Shown here: positions 1 to 11,374 of the stretch, one piece after another
Layout of the letters: each line of letters starts with the position of its first letter
How positions within the stretch are numbered: the first letter of the stretch is position 1
Assembly (NCBI GenBank): GCA_964016885.1
Contig: OZ024744.1
Coordinates: 61,008,001 to 61,072,000, forward strand
Origin: Eledone cirrhosa
Lineage: Eukaryota
Length of the DNA stretch: 64,000 nt
Reading direction: 5' to 3'
Notes under the pieces: model-generated
What the model saw: the letters and a program-made list of their open reading frames with translations, nothing else
What the model was told of the DNA's origin: nothing
Databases searched by the model: none
Program-made: the position numbers and the translations under genes

Positions 1-1117
1 TGTACACCACAGTCTATAACTGACCATTAACAGTTCCAGTGAAGTGACCAGGTCATATAGATGTACACCACAGTCTATAACTGACCATTAACAGTTACAG
101 TGAAGTGACCAGGTTATATAGATGTACACCACAGTCTATAACTGACCATTAACAGTTCCAGTGAAGTGACCAGGTCATAGATGTACACCACAGTCTATAA
201 CTGACCATTAACAGTTCCAGTGAAGTGACCAGGTCATATAGATGTACACCACAGTCTATAACTGACCATTAACAGTTCCAGTGAAGTGACCACATCATAG
301 TTGTACATCACAGTCTATAACTGACCATTAACAGTTCCAGTGAAGTGACCAGGTCATAGATGTACACCACAGTCTATAACTGACCATTAACAGTTCCAGT
401 GAAGTGACCAGGTCATATAGATGTACACCACAGTCTATAACTGACCATTAACAGTTACAGTGAAGTGACCAGGTCATATAGATGTACACCACAGTCTATA
501 ACTGACCATTAACAGTTCCAGTGAAGTGACCAGGTCATAGATGTACACCACAGTCTATAACTGACCATTAACAGTTACAGTGAAGTGACCAGGTCATATA
601 GATGTACACCACAGTCTATAACTGACCATTAACAGTTCCAGTGAAGTGACCACATCATAGTTGTACATCACAGTCTATAACTGACCATTAACAGTTCCAG
701 TGAAGTGACCAGGTCATAGATGTACACCACAGTCTATAACTGACCATTAACAGTTCCAGTGAAGTGACCAGGTCATATAGATGTACACCACAGTCTATAA
801 CTGACCATTAACAGTTACAGTGAAGTGACCAGGTCATATAGATGTACACCACAGTCTATAACTGACCATTAACAGTTCCAGTGAAGTGACCAGGTCATAG
901 ATGTACACCACAGTCTATAACTGACCATTAACAGTTCCAGTGAAGTGACCAGGTCATATAGATGTACACCACAGTCTATAACTGACCATTAACAGTTACA
1001 GTGAAGTGACCAGGTCATATAGATGTACACCACAGTCTATAACTGACCATTAACAGTTACAGTGAAGTGACCAGGTCATATAGATTGTACACCACAGTTT
1101 ATAACTGACCACTAACA
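1..1117. repeat. Minisatellite of 59/61-bp monomers (18 full + 1 partial, running off the left edge) with a 360-bp higher-order period
   Basis: Unit tgtacaccacagtctataactgaccattaacagtt(c/a)cagtgaagtgaccaggtcat(at)aga starts at 1,62,123,182,243,302,361,...,1024,1086. The variant cacatcatagttgtacatca recurs at 291 and 651. Confidence 0.97.
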
Positions 1118-1754
1118 GAGAAGAGACCAGTAGGAATATAGAAAAAGAAATGAAGTTGAAATTGTACTTAAAATACATTTTAGTTTAAATTTATTATCCA
1201 AACTGGTTTCATAACAAGTAGATGATATTAATAGTAACTTTGTTTACATAAAGATAGTTGCATAATGTAAAACGGTGAAAAGTTACAAATCAAATAGCAG
1301 TTAACCATCTTAAAATAGCTGCTGGAGAAAGCATTATTTTGATTTGTTGTTTTAGACATGTGATTATTGTTAATTTGTTCTGTTACCTCTACAAACTGGG
1401 CAAATATAAAGAAAAAAATGCACTTGAAGTCCTTTAATCCTCTTACATTTTCCTTACTCTACAACACTCTTCCATGTAAGTAACAGTGACAATCTACTTA
1501 GACATGGTTTATATTGCTTAGTAAACACACTTCCTTTATTTACCAGTATTTCAGCTGTAGTTTATGTCAGAACATTGGTAAAAGGAGAAAACTTGGTATG
1601 TCAGGAATTTATTTATAGCATATAAGTCAAAATGCTTACTAGCAGCTGGTACTGGGGTTTCTTTCTTAATTGTTGATGACAGACAACCATTCTTTTCCTT
1701 TCAAAGTTAATCCAGCTTGTCCTATACAATTTTCTTTTGAAACCAACCTAACCA

Positions 1755-1960
1755 CAAGTGATGACTTAGACATGTTAAATTATCTCACGAAAACAATCAA
1801 CAGAGACACTCTTATTGTTTCATTTGATTTAATAAACTTCTATACTAGAATTCCACATGAATAGGGATTAGAGGCTATAGTATTGTGGGTAGGTAAATTT
1901 TCTAACATACTACCTGAATAAATAAATAAAAAAATCATCTAAAGAATAAAATTTATCCTA
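1755..1960 (+). mobile_element. Penelope-like element reverse transcriptase fragment (degenerate)
   Basis: Translation DDLDMLNYL...TLIVSFDLINFYTRIPHE*GLEAI resembles the PLE RT motif (LVSFDVxSLYTNIP..GLEAI); contains an in-frame stop. Confidence 0.7.
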
Positions 1961-2585
1961 TCATCATCATCATCATCATCATTTAACATCTGCTTTCCTT
2001 GCTAGCAAGGGTTGGGCATGGGTGGTGGGTACAGTGGGATGAGAATAGATGGAGCGGTGTGCTAGTGGGATAGAGGGGGAGGGGCACATGGATGGGTCAG
2101 GTTATATTGTAAGCTTCTGGCTGGGTCTCCATCATCATAGCAGAACACCAGCCCTCTCAATCATTTGTCATCTTAGTTGTGAAGCTTTTCCTCAAGTTCC
2201 AGCCACTGGGATAGCTCTACATTTCTTAGCAGAGGATAGCAGCTGTTATCCGCCATGTGCACTGCATGTCCATACCAGCGCAGTCTGCTCTCTTGCACAT
2301 TACATCCAATTCCTCTTATGCCAAGTTTTCCTTTCAGTTCACCTATGTTACGTTGTTCATGCACACTACCATTACACATTTATTGGAGCATACTTGCTTA
2401 TTTCTCTTGAACTTTCGCAGGTCTTCTGTGGTTAAAGGCTATATTTCACTGCCATGTAGCATTGCAGTTCACACATAGGCATCATACATTCTACCCTTCA
2501 CTCTCAACAAGAAGCCCTTTGTTGCCAGCAGAGGTATCAGCTCTCTAAACTTCTTCCAGGCTCTTCTGATCCTGCCACAATAAAA
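1961..2585 (-). mobile_element. RTE-clade LINE 3' fragment with (GAT)n tail
   Basis: Minus-strand ...KLGIRGIGCNVQESRLRWYGH... is homologous to the C-termini of the other RTE copies; ends in a (CAT)n run at 1961-1983. Confidence 0.85.
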
Positions 2586-2667
2586 TGAACCCAGCCCACC
2601 AGCCCAGCAGTTGTACTGGTGTCACAATGCCCAAGATGCCGGGACATGACCAATTTCTTCTTCTTCT

Positions 2668-2809
<142 letters not shown>

Positions 2810-3029
2810 AAGGATTGAACTAAGAGTGCAAAGAGCCAGAACAAATACCACAAATCATTGTAGCGGACATTTTAACTACTTTAGCAACACGCCATCAAAC
2901 AGAAGTTACATATTCGAAACAATTATATTAACTCTTAACTCTGTGTAATGATTTAACAGAAAATATCTAGACAAATGTTTATAGTCTCTTTACTAGTGGA
3001 CATATATTTGTGAATATTTACAGTATTAA

Positions 3030-3242
3030 CCCATTAGCTTTTACATTACTCTATATATACTATTGTATTTTTGTGGTAAAAGAGGCTTTATCTCACATAA
3101 TTTTTCACATAATATTGAATCTACAAGATTTTGATGTTATTCATTTTGAGAACAATTCCTTAATATCAGTGTGAGGGACTGGTTACAGTGGGTTTGAACA
3201 GAAAGAGGTGAGAGAATTCTGGCCGGATATGGCTAGTTTAAA
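3030..3242. mobile_element. piggyBac-type MITE, one end truncated
   Basis: TTAA|CCCATTAGC start; interior homologous to the copies at 5750-5945 and 49360-49567. Confidence 0.7.
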
Positions 3243-3699
3243 GAAAAGAATTCAATTTTTAATGTGATGCAGTAATTGTATTGCTTTGTACTTTTCAAGA
3301 ATGTAAAAAAAAAATAGTTTTTACTATATGTTCTGTATATTTTTAGTATACATAAGGTGTTCAATATATCTTTTGTATTTTATTAGTACGTGTACCAATT
3401 ATTTTAGTATATATGCTGTATGTTTTTTAGTTTCCTATTCTTTTACTCCTTTATTTGTTTTAGTCATTAGACTATGGCCAAGCTAGGGCACTGCATGGTT
3501 GGATCTAGTAAGATCATACCAGAGTACTTTTTTTTTCTTACTTATTTTGGCAGTCGCTTTTTGTCGAAACATTATATTATCATGCTTGAACACATGAACA
3601 TAGACACACACACACACACATATATACACACATACATATATATATATACATACAACATATATATATATATACATACAACATATATATATATATACATAC

Positions 3700-3838
3700 A
3701 ACAGGCATTTACACAGTTTCCATCAACCAAATGTCACTCACATGACATTGATCAAGCAGAGGCTAGTAGAAGATACATGCCCAAGGTGCCATGCAGAGAT
3801 TATGAAGTAGACTCCCTAACCACACAGCCATGCCTGCA
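3700..3838 (-). mobile_element. Degenerate tRNA-derived SINE (family C; related pieces at ~5305-5380 and ~6960-7120)
   Basis: Minus strand caggcatggctgtgtggttag...ggcaccttgggca...tcttctacta...ttggttgatggaaactg, shared with the other fragments. Confidence 0.65.
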
Positions 3839-4115
3839 CACATACATGGCATTTTAAAAGCATATGTACTAATTTTAAAAACAAATATACGCTGTATTGT
3901 TTTATAGATTTACAAATAGCTTTCGTAAATATACTGATTATTTCTAACAATATGATGAGCTGATATTTTTAGTATTACCAATTTATTTAGTATATATACC
4001 AATCTTTTAGTTATATATAATATTTAGTAGTATATGCCCCAATTTCTTTAAGTATATATATATCTGAAGTTGGTAGAGCATAATTTGTTGTGGAACTCTC
4101 TCTCTATATATATAA

Positions 4116-4320
4116 AGTGGTTGTGTAGGAAACACGATAAAAAGGCTCTCAGTCCACATTGTAAATGAAGTTGGTGTTAGGGAGGGTATCCAGCCATAGA
4201 AAACCTGCCAGACACAGTTCTATATGAGCGAGACACAATCACCCAATCAACCTTGCCTTAATGGGACAATTCCCATCTAACCCATGTTAGCATGGAAGAT
4301 AGACGTTAAACGATGATGAT
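4116..4320 (+). mobile_element. RTE 3'UTR-derived short element (5'-truncated LINE or non-autonomous derivative)
   Basis: gttggtgttagggagggtatccagcc...tctaacccatgttagcatggaag...(GAT)n matches the 3'UTR of the RTE copies at 33400-33777 and 21617-21960. Confidence 0.8.
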
Positions 4321-4374
4321 ATATATATACACACTCACACGTACATATATAATTATATATTATGGCCCCATACT

Positions 4375-4640
4375 ACAAAGTGGTCGTGGAGGTGCCAAGG
4401 CAAAAAAGCACCCAGCCCACACTGTAGAGTGGACATGTAGGCGCCACGGCAAAAAAGCACCCAGCACTCACTGTAAATGAGGTTGGTGTTAGGAAGGGCA
4501 TCCAGCTGTAGAAATCAAGCCAGAATCAGTTCCAGTATGTGCAAGACATGGTCAGCCAACTGGACACTGCCCACAACAGGACAACCCGTCTAACCCATGC
4601 TAGTGTGGAAGAATGGACGTAAAACGGTGATGATGATGAT
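4375..4640 (+). mobile_element. RTE 3'UTR-derived element, same family as the 3'UTR of the 56947-59160 LINE
   Basis: Near-identical to the reverse complement of 56950-57210; ends in (GAT)n. Confidence 0.85.
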
Positions 4641-5749
4641 ATATACATATACAGATTTCTTCATTATATGTACTACATAAATTTAGTTTTTGTGCCAATT
4701 TTTAGTGTACAAACCAAATTATTAAGTGTGTGTAACCTATTTATTTCTAGCATATGTACTATATAACACACACACACACACAGTACTGTTGTAGTAACAA
4801 TTTCATCAGTAGTAACATTGGTAGTTTATCTGCAAACTTTTTTATGTACAAAATCTTTTTTCTACTAAACATACTAATTTTTGTAGTATATGAACTAAAT
4901 ATTTCTAATAGTAAACAATTATTATTATAATTGCCAACTTTTAAAATTTCTAATACAACTTATATATAATGAATATGATTAACAAAAGAAACAAATCAAT
5001 AAGAGAAACAAATCAATAAAAAAAAAAATCAGAAAAAAAAAAGATCACAAACTCAATTGCACTAAGGAATACTGGTGTTGCTCTCTAAATATTATGGAGG
5101 CAAGCCAAAGCAGTATTGTATTTCAACAACAACAGCAGCAACAACAATATTATCACCATGAAAAATAACAGTGACTTCATTGCTTAGTATGAAGCTTGTC
5201 ATAGGACACACGACAAACATCTGCTTTAGCAAAGAAAATGGCCTTAAAACACTCTTGTTAATAGTTGTTGCTACTGTTGACATTGCTGTTCTTCATGATG
5301 ATAAAGGTGCTGTGAGTGGAACTGAACCCAAAACTATGTGGTTACAAAGTAAACTCGTTAACAACATATATCTATGCCAATGTTGCTTTTTCAAAAATGT
5401 ACTAATTATTTTAGATATATAGATACTAGTTTTTCAAACATACACATATTGTATTTTTTTGTATATGTTTAGCAGGAGTAAGTAGTTTTTCAGATGGTTT
5501 TTTACTTGTTTGGTTCTTTAGTTCATCTGTGGTGTAATAGAAGTTGTGAGATGAGTTGATGAAGTTGACTGAGTGGTTTGTTGGTCGAATCTATGGCAAG
5601 TGAGTGAAGAATGTCGCAGTAAAATGAGAGATTTTCTATGATGTCTTGCCATGGTTGATGAAACCACTTACTGTAGATGTTTGTTGTGATGATGTGATAT
5701 TGTGAGGAAGATGATTTTCCTCAATTTCATTGATATGATCACCGTTTAA

Positions 5750-5945
5750 CCCTTTAGCATTTAAACTGGCCATATCCAGCCAGAATTCTTTCACCTTTTT
5801 CTGTTCAAACCGGCTGTAACTGGCTACTCATATTATGTTAAGGTAGTGTTCTCAAAATAGATAATATCAACATCTCATAGATTCAATATTTGGCTTTATC
5901 ACAAAAATACAATAGTAAATATATAGTAATGTAAATGTTAAAGGG
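5750..5945. mobile_element. piggyBac-type MITE with TTAA target-site duplication
   Basis: TTAA|CCCTTTAGCATTT ... AAATGTTAAAGGG|TTAA termini; 196 bp. Confidence 0.85.
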
Positions 5946-6711
5946 TTAACATCTGTTTCCATGCTTGTATGGGTTAGACAGGCCATGAGACAAGATGGAA
6001 TTGTATTTTGACTGGAATTTTTACAGCTGGATGCGTTTCTTAACACCAACCACGTTTACAGTAATATGAAGTGTACAAAGAAACAAAAGCCCACAAAACT
6101 ACCAAATTAATATTTTATTTTATGACAACATCACGGGTGAGTGAGAAACAACAAAATACTTTAAAGGAATAAAAGGTGTGCTGTGGATTGTGTGGTAATT
6201 TGGTGTGCAAGTTAGTATTGTTGTTAAAATGTGTTTGAAATGAAAGCAGAAATTCTGAATGAATTAACCTTTAATGAAATTTGGTAGATCAGATAAAAGG
6301 CCAGTGAGTTAGTGTCTTTGTGAGATTGTGGATCTGAGGGTGTCTGTAGTAGTTTGCCAGTGAATATTCTTGACAATTTCAGAATTTACTTTATATAGGG
6401 TCTGCCTCCTAAGGTGTTAAATCAAAAAGAAAAATATTACACCAGACCAAAGAAGTATTGATGAGTGGCTATTGTCCACAGACAACAGAAATTCTTATCT
6501 ATTGTTGAATTCACTGAGTTTATAAGATGAGTGTGCTGATAGTGTCATTATTTCTAACAATAGAAAACTTTTCTCTGGTGTCGGATTTCACTACATAAGT
6601 ATTGGGCTTTTTTTACTATATGTACCAAACTTTTAAGTAAAGGAACATGAGTTATTTAAGTATACATAGTAACATTTTTAGTTGTGTACATAATATATTA
6701 TTCTTTTACAC

Positions 6712-6949
6712 TAGGGTTGCACCAATTAACAGGCAGATAATTGGTATCAGCAATATTGCCCATTTTGTTGATTAATTGGTCTCAGGGATTTGTGGCTGAT
6801 AAATCGATTTTGATAATCAACTATTATTATTGATTATTACTGATAGGCTAGAGCAAGAAAATGCTGCATGACAGACATTCAGAAAATTAGCTGATAAAGT
6901 GAGGTTGATTTATCAATAATCAGCCAATTTGTTTATTGGGGCATCCCTA
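6712..6949. mobile_element. hAT-like MITE (degenerate)
   Basis: Terminal inverted repeats TAGGGTTGCACCAAT / ATTGGGGCATCCCTA; TSD not clearly preserved. Confidence 0.6.
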
Positions 6950-7119
6950 ATACACACAACTGACTTTTCCAGATTTCATTTACCAAATTCCAATCACACG
7001 GGTTTGGTCAACCAGAAGCTATAGTAGAAGACAGAAGACTTGACCAAGGTGCCACACAGTGGTATTGAATCAAGGACCACATCACTGTGAAACAAACTCC
7101 TTAACCAGAGTCATCCCTG

Positions 7120-7487
7120 CACCTGTGTGCACCATATACCCCCACACCTGCCCTCCCACTTCTGTCTGCATCACCCTTACACTGTAAAGTTATGTTGGTA
7201 TCACAAAAGGCACTCGACCCACACTGTAAAGTGGTCATGTAGGTGTCACGACAAAAAGCACCCAGCCCACACTGTAAGGTAGTTGTGTAGGAGTCATGAC
7301 AAAAAGCATCCAGCACACACTGTAAATGTGGTTGGTGTTAGAAAGAGCATCCATAGAAGCCTAGCCAGAAACAGACCTATATGAACAAGAAATGTCACTT
7401 GACCCAACTTGGCCCGAATGGAACAACTCGTCTAACCCATGCTAGTGTGATAAATGGACAATAAACGATGATGATGATGATGATGAT
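7120..7487 (+). mobile_element. RTE 3'UTR-derived element with internal ~45-bp subrepeats
   Basis: Repeated aaaagcacccagcccacactgtaa... units, then ggttggtgttag, tctaacccatgctag and (GAT)n. A further partial copy lies at ~7728-7915. Confidence 0.8.
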
Positions 7488-7489
7488 AA

Positions 7490-7536
<47 letters not shown>

Positions 7537-7537
7537 T

Positions 7538-7726
7538 ATAATTGTTTCTACTTTTGGCTCAAGGCCAGCAATTACCCAGTGCATTACTGGTACTTTATTT
7601 TATCGACCCCCGTAAGGATGAAAGGCAAAGTTAACCTCGGCGGGATTTGAACTCAGAATGGCAAGGGCCGTAACTCTATGCGTCAACGCATGGCGTCCGA
7701 CCCTCTACCGATACTGCCAATCCACC
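7538..7726 (-). mobile_element. tRNA-derived SINE family A
   Basis: Minus strand: A-box-like ttggcagtatcggtagag, B-box gagttcaaatcc, conserved body gcctttcatccttacgggggtcgataaaataaagtaccag, tail aaagtagaaacaattat. About 7 copies in the window. Confidence 0.88.
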
Positions 7727-8474
7727 GTGGTTGTGTAGGTGTCATGACAAAAAGCATCCAGCTCATATTGTAAAGTGGTTGTGTAGGTGTCACAACAAAA
7801 AGTATCCAGTCCACAATGTGAAGTGGTTGTGTAGGAATCACAACAAAAAACACCCAGCACACACTGTAAATGTGGTGGGCATCCAGCTGTAGAAATACAG
7901 CCAGGAACAGTTCTGTCTATCTGCTTGTGTCTGTGTCTGTATATATATATATATTTGAATTTGAGATCACTGTGTTTCTATTATATAATTGCATAACTTT
8001 TGTTTTCCTAGCATTGATGAATAGACCAACTTTCTCAACTTACTTCTCTTCCTTTACTAACAGTTCTCATGCTTGTTGTGTAAATTCTGATATTATGATA
8101 ATATCATCAACATATATAAGGTCAGACACTACCATTGGTGGCATTCAACTGCTTCTCTAGATATAAAATTAAATGATTTCAAATGTAGTGAAGACAATTT
8201 TGATAATTACAATACCATTTGCATTGCAAGTTGACACTTTGTTGGCAACTGAAAATATCAGCACTTCATGTTGAAGATAAGTCTGAGAAGGTCTTGAAAT
8301 ATTAATGGAATTAGGAACATTACCATTTCATACTAAATATAAATGATTAATAAGGAAATATAAAAATCATTAATAAATACGATTAAACTAAATTAGTCAC
8401 GTATGTTCAATATTGTGTGTCTGAAATAAAAGCTGTTACCTATATACTATATGTATGTGTGTATGTGTGCATGG

Positions 8475-8518
<44 letters not shown>

Positions 8519-8579
8519 GTAGAACACTGGAAGGTAATATCCGTAGTGGTAGAGCACTCAGTCCAAGGGACGAGTTTGG

Positions 8580-8719
8580 TAGAAGTGGTTACACAACAGT
8601 TAGTTCACCATACTGAGAACAATTGTTTTACCTTAGTGGATCCATTACGAGCTGAGGAACCGCTAAGGTGAAACAATTGTTCTCAGTATGGTGAACTAAC
8701 TGTTGTGTAACCACTTCTA
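8580..8719. repeat. Fold-back inverted repeat (64-bp arms, 12-nt spacer) next to (TA)n; probable PLE terminal remnant
   Basis: 8580-8643 is the reverse complement of 8656-8719 with 3 mismatches. Confidence 0.9.
8642..8691 (+). ncRNA. Minimal type-I hammerhead ribozyme
   Basis: ccattacgag-CTGAGGA-ACC gctaa GGT-GAAA-CAATTG-T-T-ctcagtatgg. Intact core, palindromic stem III ACAAUUGU, stem I gag/ctc + tac/gta + cca/tgg. Confidence 0.72.
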
Positions 8720-8740
8720 TAAATATATATATATATATAT

Positions 8741-9039
8741 CCGAAATAAATTTAGTTAAATTAAATTAAAGGAGTCATGTCCGAGACATGCGCCATACCC
8801 ACCGTAGAATAAGCTCAAAGATTCCACTGAATAGATCGGAGCATTTTATATCAACTAGAAATTGATTGACATATATTTTTTTTTTAAAAGGTAATATTTG
8901 AAGATCTAGTTAAACTTTAATTAGTTACCTACCTAGCTGTGTGTGATTACACACTTTACAAATTATCCCCTGTGATTATTTCATGTGTTTATTTTAAATA
9001 TATATATATATATATGTCAATCAATTTCTAGTTGATATA
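8741..9039. mobile_element. Unclassified (TA)n-inserted element with inverted repeat; second copy at 25188-25433
   Basis: Shares aaattaaattaa..gtcatgtc..gacatgc..gaatagatc..gagcattt-atatcaactagaaattgattgacatata and its inverted copy with the 25.2-kb element. Confidence 0.7.
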
Positions 9040-9044
9040 TATAT

Positions 9045-9147
9045 ATAGGAAAATGTTTAACCCCGACGGCAGAGCTCAAGCCGTTTCGACAGCTATTTCC
9101 CGTTGAAAGGGCTTGAGCTCTGCCGTCGGGGTCAAACATTTTCCTAT
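9045..9147. repeat. GC-rich hairpin (~46-bp arms, 11-nt loop)
   Basis: ataggaaaatgtttaaccccgacggcagagctcaagcc... / ...ggcttgagctctgccgtcggggtcaaacattttcctat. Confidence 0.88.
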
Positions 9148-9459
9148 TACCCACTCTACTACCCTAAATATTGAGTACTCTGGTGCGTTATGGTCCATCT
9201 GGTTCCTTACCACACCTCCTTCGTTATATATATATATATATATATATATATCACCAGCATCATCACCATTTTATGTCAATTTTTCCACGCTAACATGGGT
9301 TAGACAAGTTGGCCTGTTGTGGGTATGCTAGGTCAGGTGACAATATTTTGCATATACAGAACTGATTTTGGCTTGGTTTCTACAGCTGGATGCCCTTCCA
9401 AATGCCAACCTCATTTACTGTGTGTACTGGGTGCTTTTTGTTGCAACACCTACAAGAAG

Positions 9460-10270
9460 CTAGAGGCCAATGATGTCACATCAGAAGTGCGTGCGGCCTC
9501 TTGGTCTATAAGTGGTAATATTTGCAGACATCCTTTTTTTATGGCTGGTGTGAATGGGTGTGTAAGACTTGCTATGTTCTATGGCCAGATGTGAAATAGG
9601 AGAACATCTATACAGGGAGATTCAGTTCGGACATGTGTGGAGACGAGAGCTAGGCTCCTTCGTTTCTTACGACAAGCAATTTTGGCACCATTTGTTTTTT
9701 GATTTTATTATTTACTTTCTCCGACCTTGCAGACGATATGGCAACAAAAATAAGAATAGGTAGTGATGCAGTCAAAACCTTCAGCGATGAGGGAGATGTT
9801 ATTATCTGGATTAGAAAGATAAAATTGGTTGCCACACTGCAAGGGATCAAAAAATGTGGCAGGCCTCATGGCAATGCGTTAACATTATACCTCAAAATGG
9901 ACCAGGCAGACCAATTGAATACAGAGAAGATTGAGCAGTGCCTCAAGGAAGCGTTTGCAGAGGGATATTATGCTGCTTTCCCCAAGCTAAGCAATGTCAG
10001 GTGGATGGGAGAGCAGGTGGATGTGTTCACAGTGGAAGTCTGGAGGATGGCTACAGGAGCTGAATATACAGGTTTTTTTAATGAAATGCTCCAACAGTTG
10101 CCGGGCAACAATAAAATTACCATGAATGAGCTAATCACATAGGCCCACCAAGTGACACAAGGCGTTGAGCGGAATGTTGCAGCGCTAGCAGTCGACAGTC
10201 ATTGACAATTGATGAGAGAAGAGCCCTCATGAATGCACATGGCAAGGGACTGCTGGAATCAAAATAACCA
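9460..10270 (+). mobile_element. LTR retrotransposon (Gypsy-like) gag remnant
   Basis: MATKIRIGSDAVKTFSDEGDVIIWIRKIKLVATLQG...ALTLYLKM...IEQCLKEAF...GEQVDVF resembles small Gypsy Gag proteins; disrupted downstream. Confidence 0.6.
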
Positions 10271-10519
10271 GGATTTTGTTACATTACATTATTTAATAGA
10301 ATTACAAATGTTTTTTTAAAATACAGTAGGAAGTACCATTTTATTCCTCTGTACTGAATTCCTAAGAATCATTAAACAATACATAATTATTTACCAACCA
10401 CATGCCTGAACATTTCCATTTCAAAAACGTAAAGAACTTTATATATATAGTTTAAATGAGTTGATAACACAATCATATAAGGCAAAGAATAATTCAAAGA
10501 TCAAATATGATTTTATAGT

Positions 10520-11360
10520 TCACAGCAAGATAGGTAAAAGACAGGGTAAAGTAAGCTCCAGCAGCTTCTCACTCTTTTTTGTATGCAGCTGAGCGTTATC
10601 ACAAAGGAATCGAATAGGACTACGATGTGGGCTCACCTGTGAAATTTTCACCACTAATTTGATGCTTAGTAGGGTCTTGTAAGTGTGGAGACCAGCCTGC
10701 TTATGGTTGTAGCACACTTTCTTTATCAACCCATGATCACTTGTTCTTGGCATTAATGGAGAGACACCATTTTTCATCACCAGTGAGAATGGAACATAAC
10801 CAGTTGGTTGTGTGATGGTAGGAGAGCAGAGAAGTTGCAGCTGGTGCCCACCATTCATGATAATTGTCAGATTGTGGGGAGCCCTTTGGTCCTGCTTGGA
10901 CACCTTCCCTATTGCATGCAAATGATTGAGGATGGTTGTTTTGATGCTCCAAGCAACAGGAGTGTTGATGCTATGTCTGGTGTGTGCCCACTTCTACCAG
11001 CACACACAGTTGCTTGTCATTAAAGTCAGATGAACGTCCTGCACGAGGTCGATCTTCAAGGCTTTAATCAGCAGAATGGAAGAGTGTGAACCTGTCCATG
11101 GAACTGTGTTCAGGCATGGTGTGTGATCTAAATGCATTGTTAGTGCAACAACTTGATGCTGCTATACTTAGGCAATATTTGAAGTCATAAAGAAAACAGG
11201 TATGAATAAACAATTTGGATAGATCCATGTTGCTTCTCCTTTGACAGTGTAACAGAAAATGACAAATGCACACAGTGCACACCAATGTCACTTCTTATAT
11301 ATGTGCATTTGTGCAATTGTCAACATTTCCAAAAAACTCTACCAAAATACTTCCTTTTGA
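10520..11360 (-). mobile_element. Mariner (Tc1/mariner) transposase pseudogene, 5' part
   Basis: N-terminal HTH-like MDLSKLFIHTCFLYDFK...NNAF and catalytic-region motif SILTGDEKWCL; frameshifted; homologous to 48600-49980. Confidence 0.88.
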
Positions 11361-11374
11361 ATATATATATAGAT

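Noticed and set aside
1-1117. CRISPR-like regular repeats (also considered for 14051-20624)
   Set aside because: No unique spacers, no cas genes, eukaryotic context; these are tandem repeats.
5480-6590. Possible further Penelope ORF remnants on the minus strand
   Set aside because: Composition is suggestive, but I could not read a diagnostic motif.
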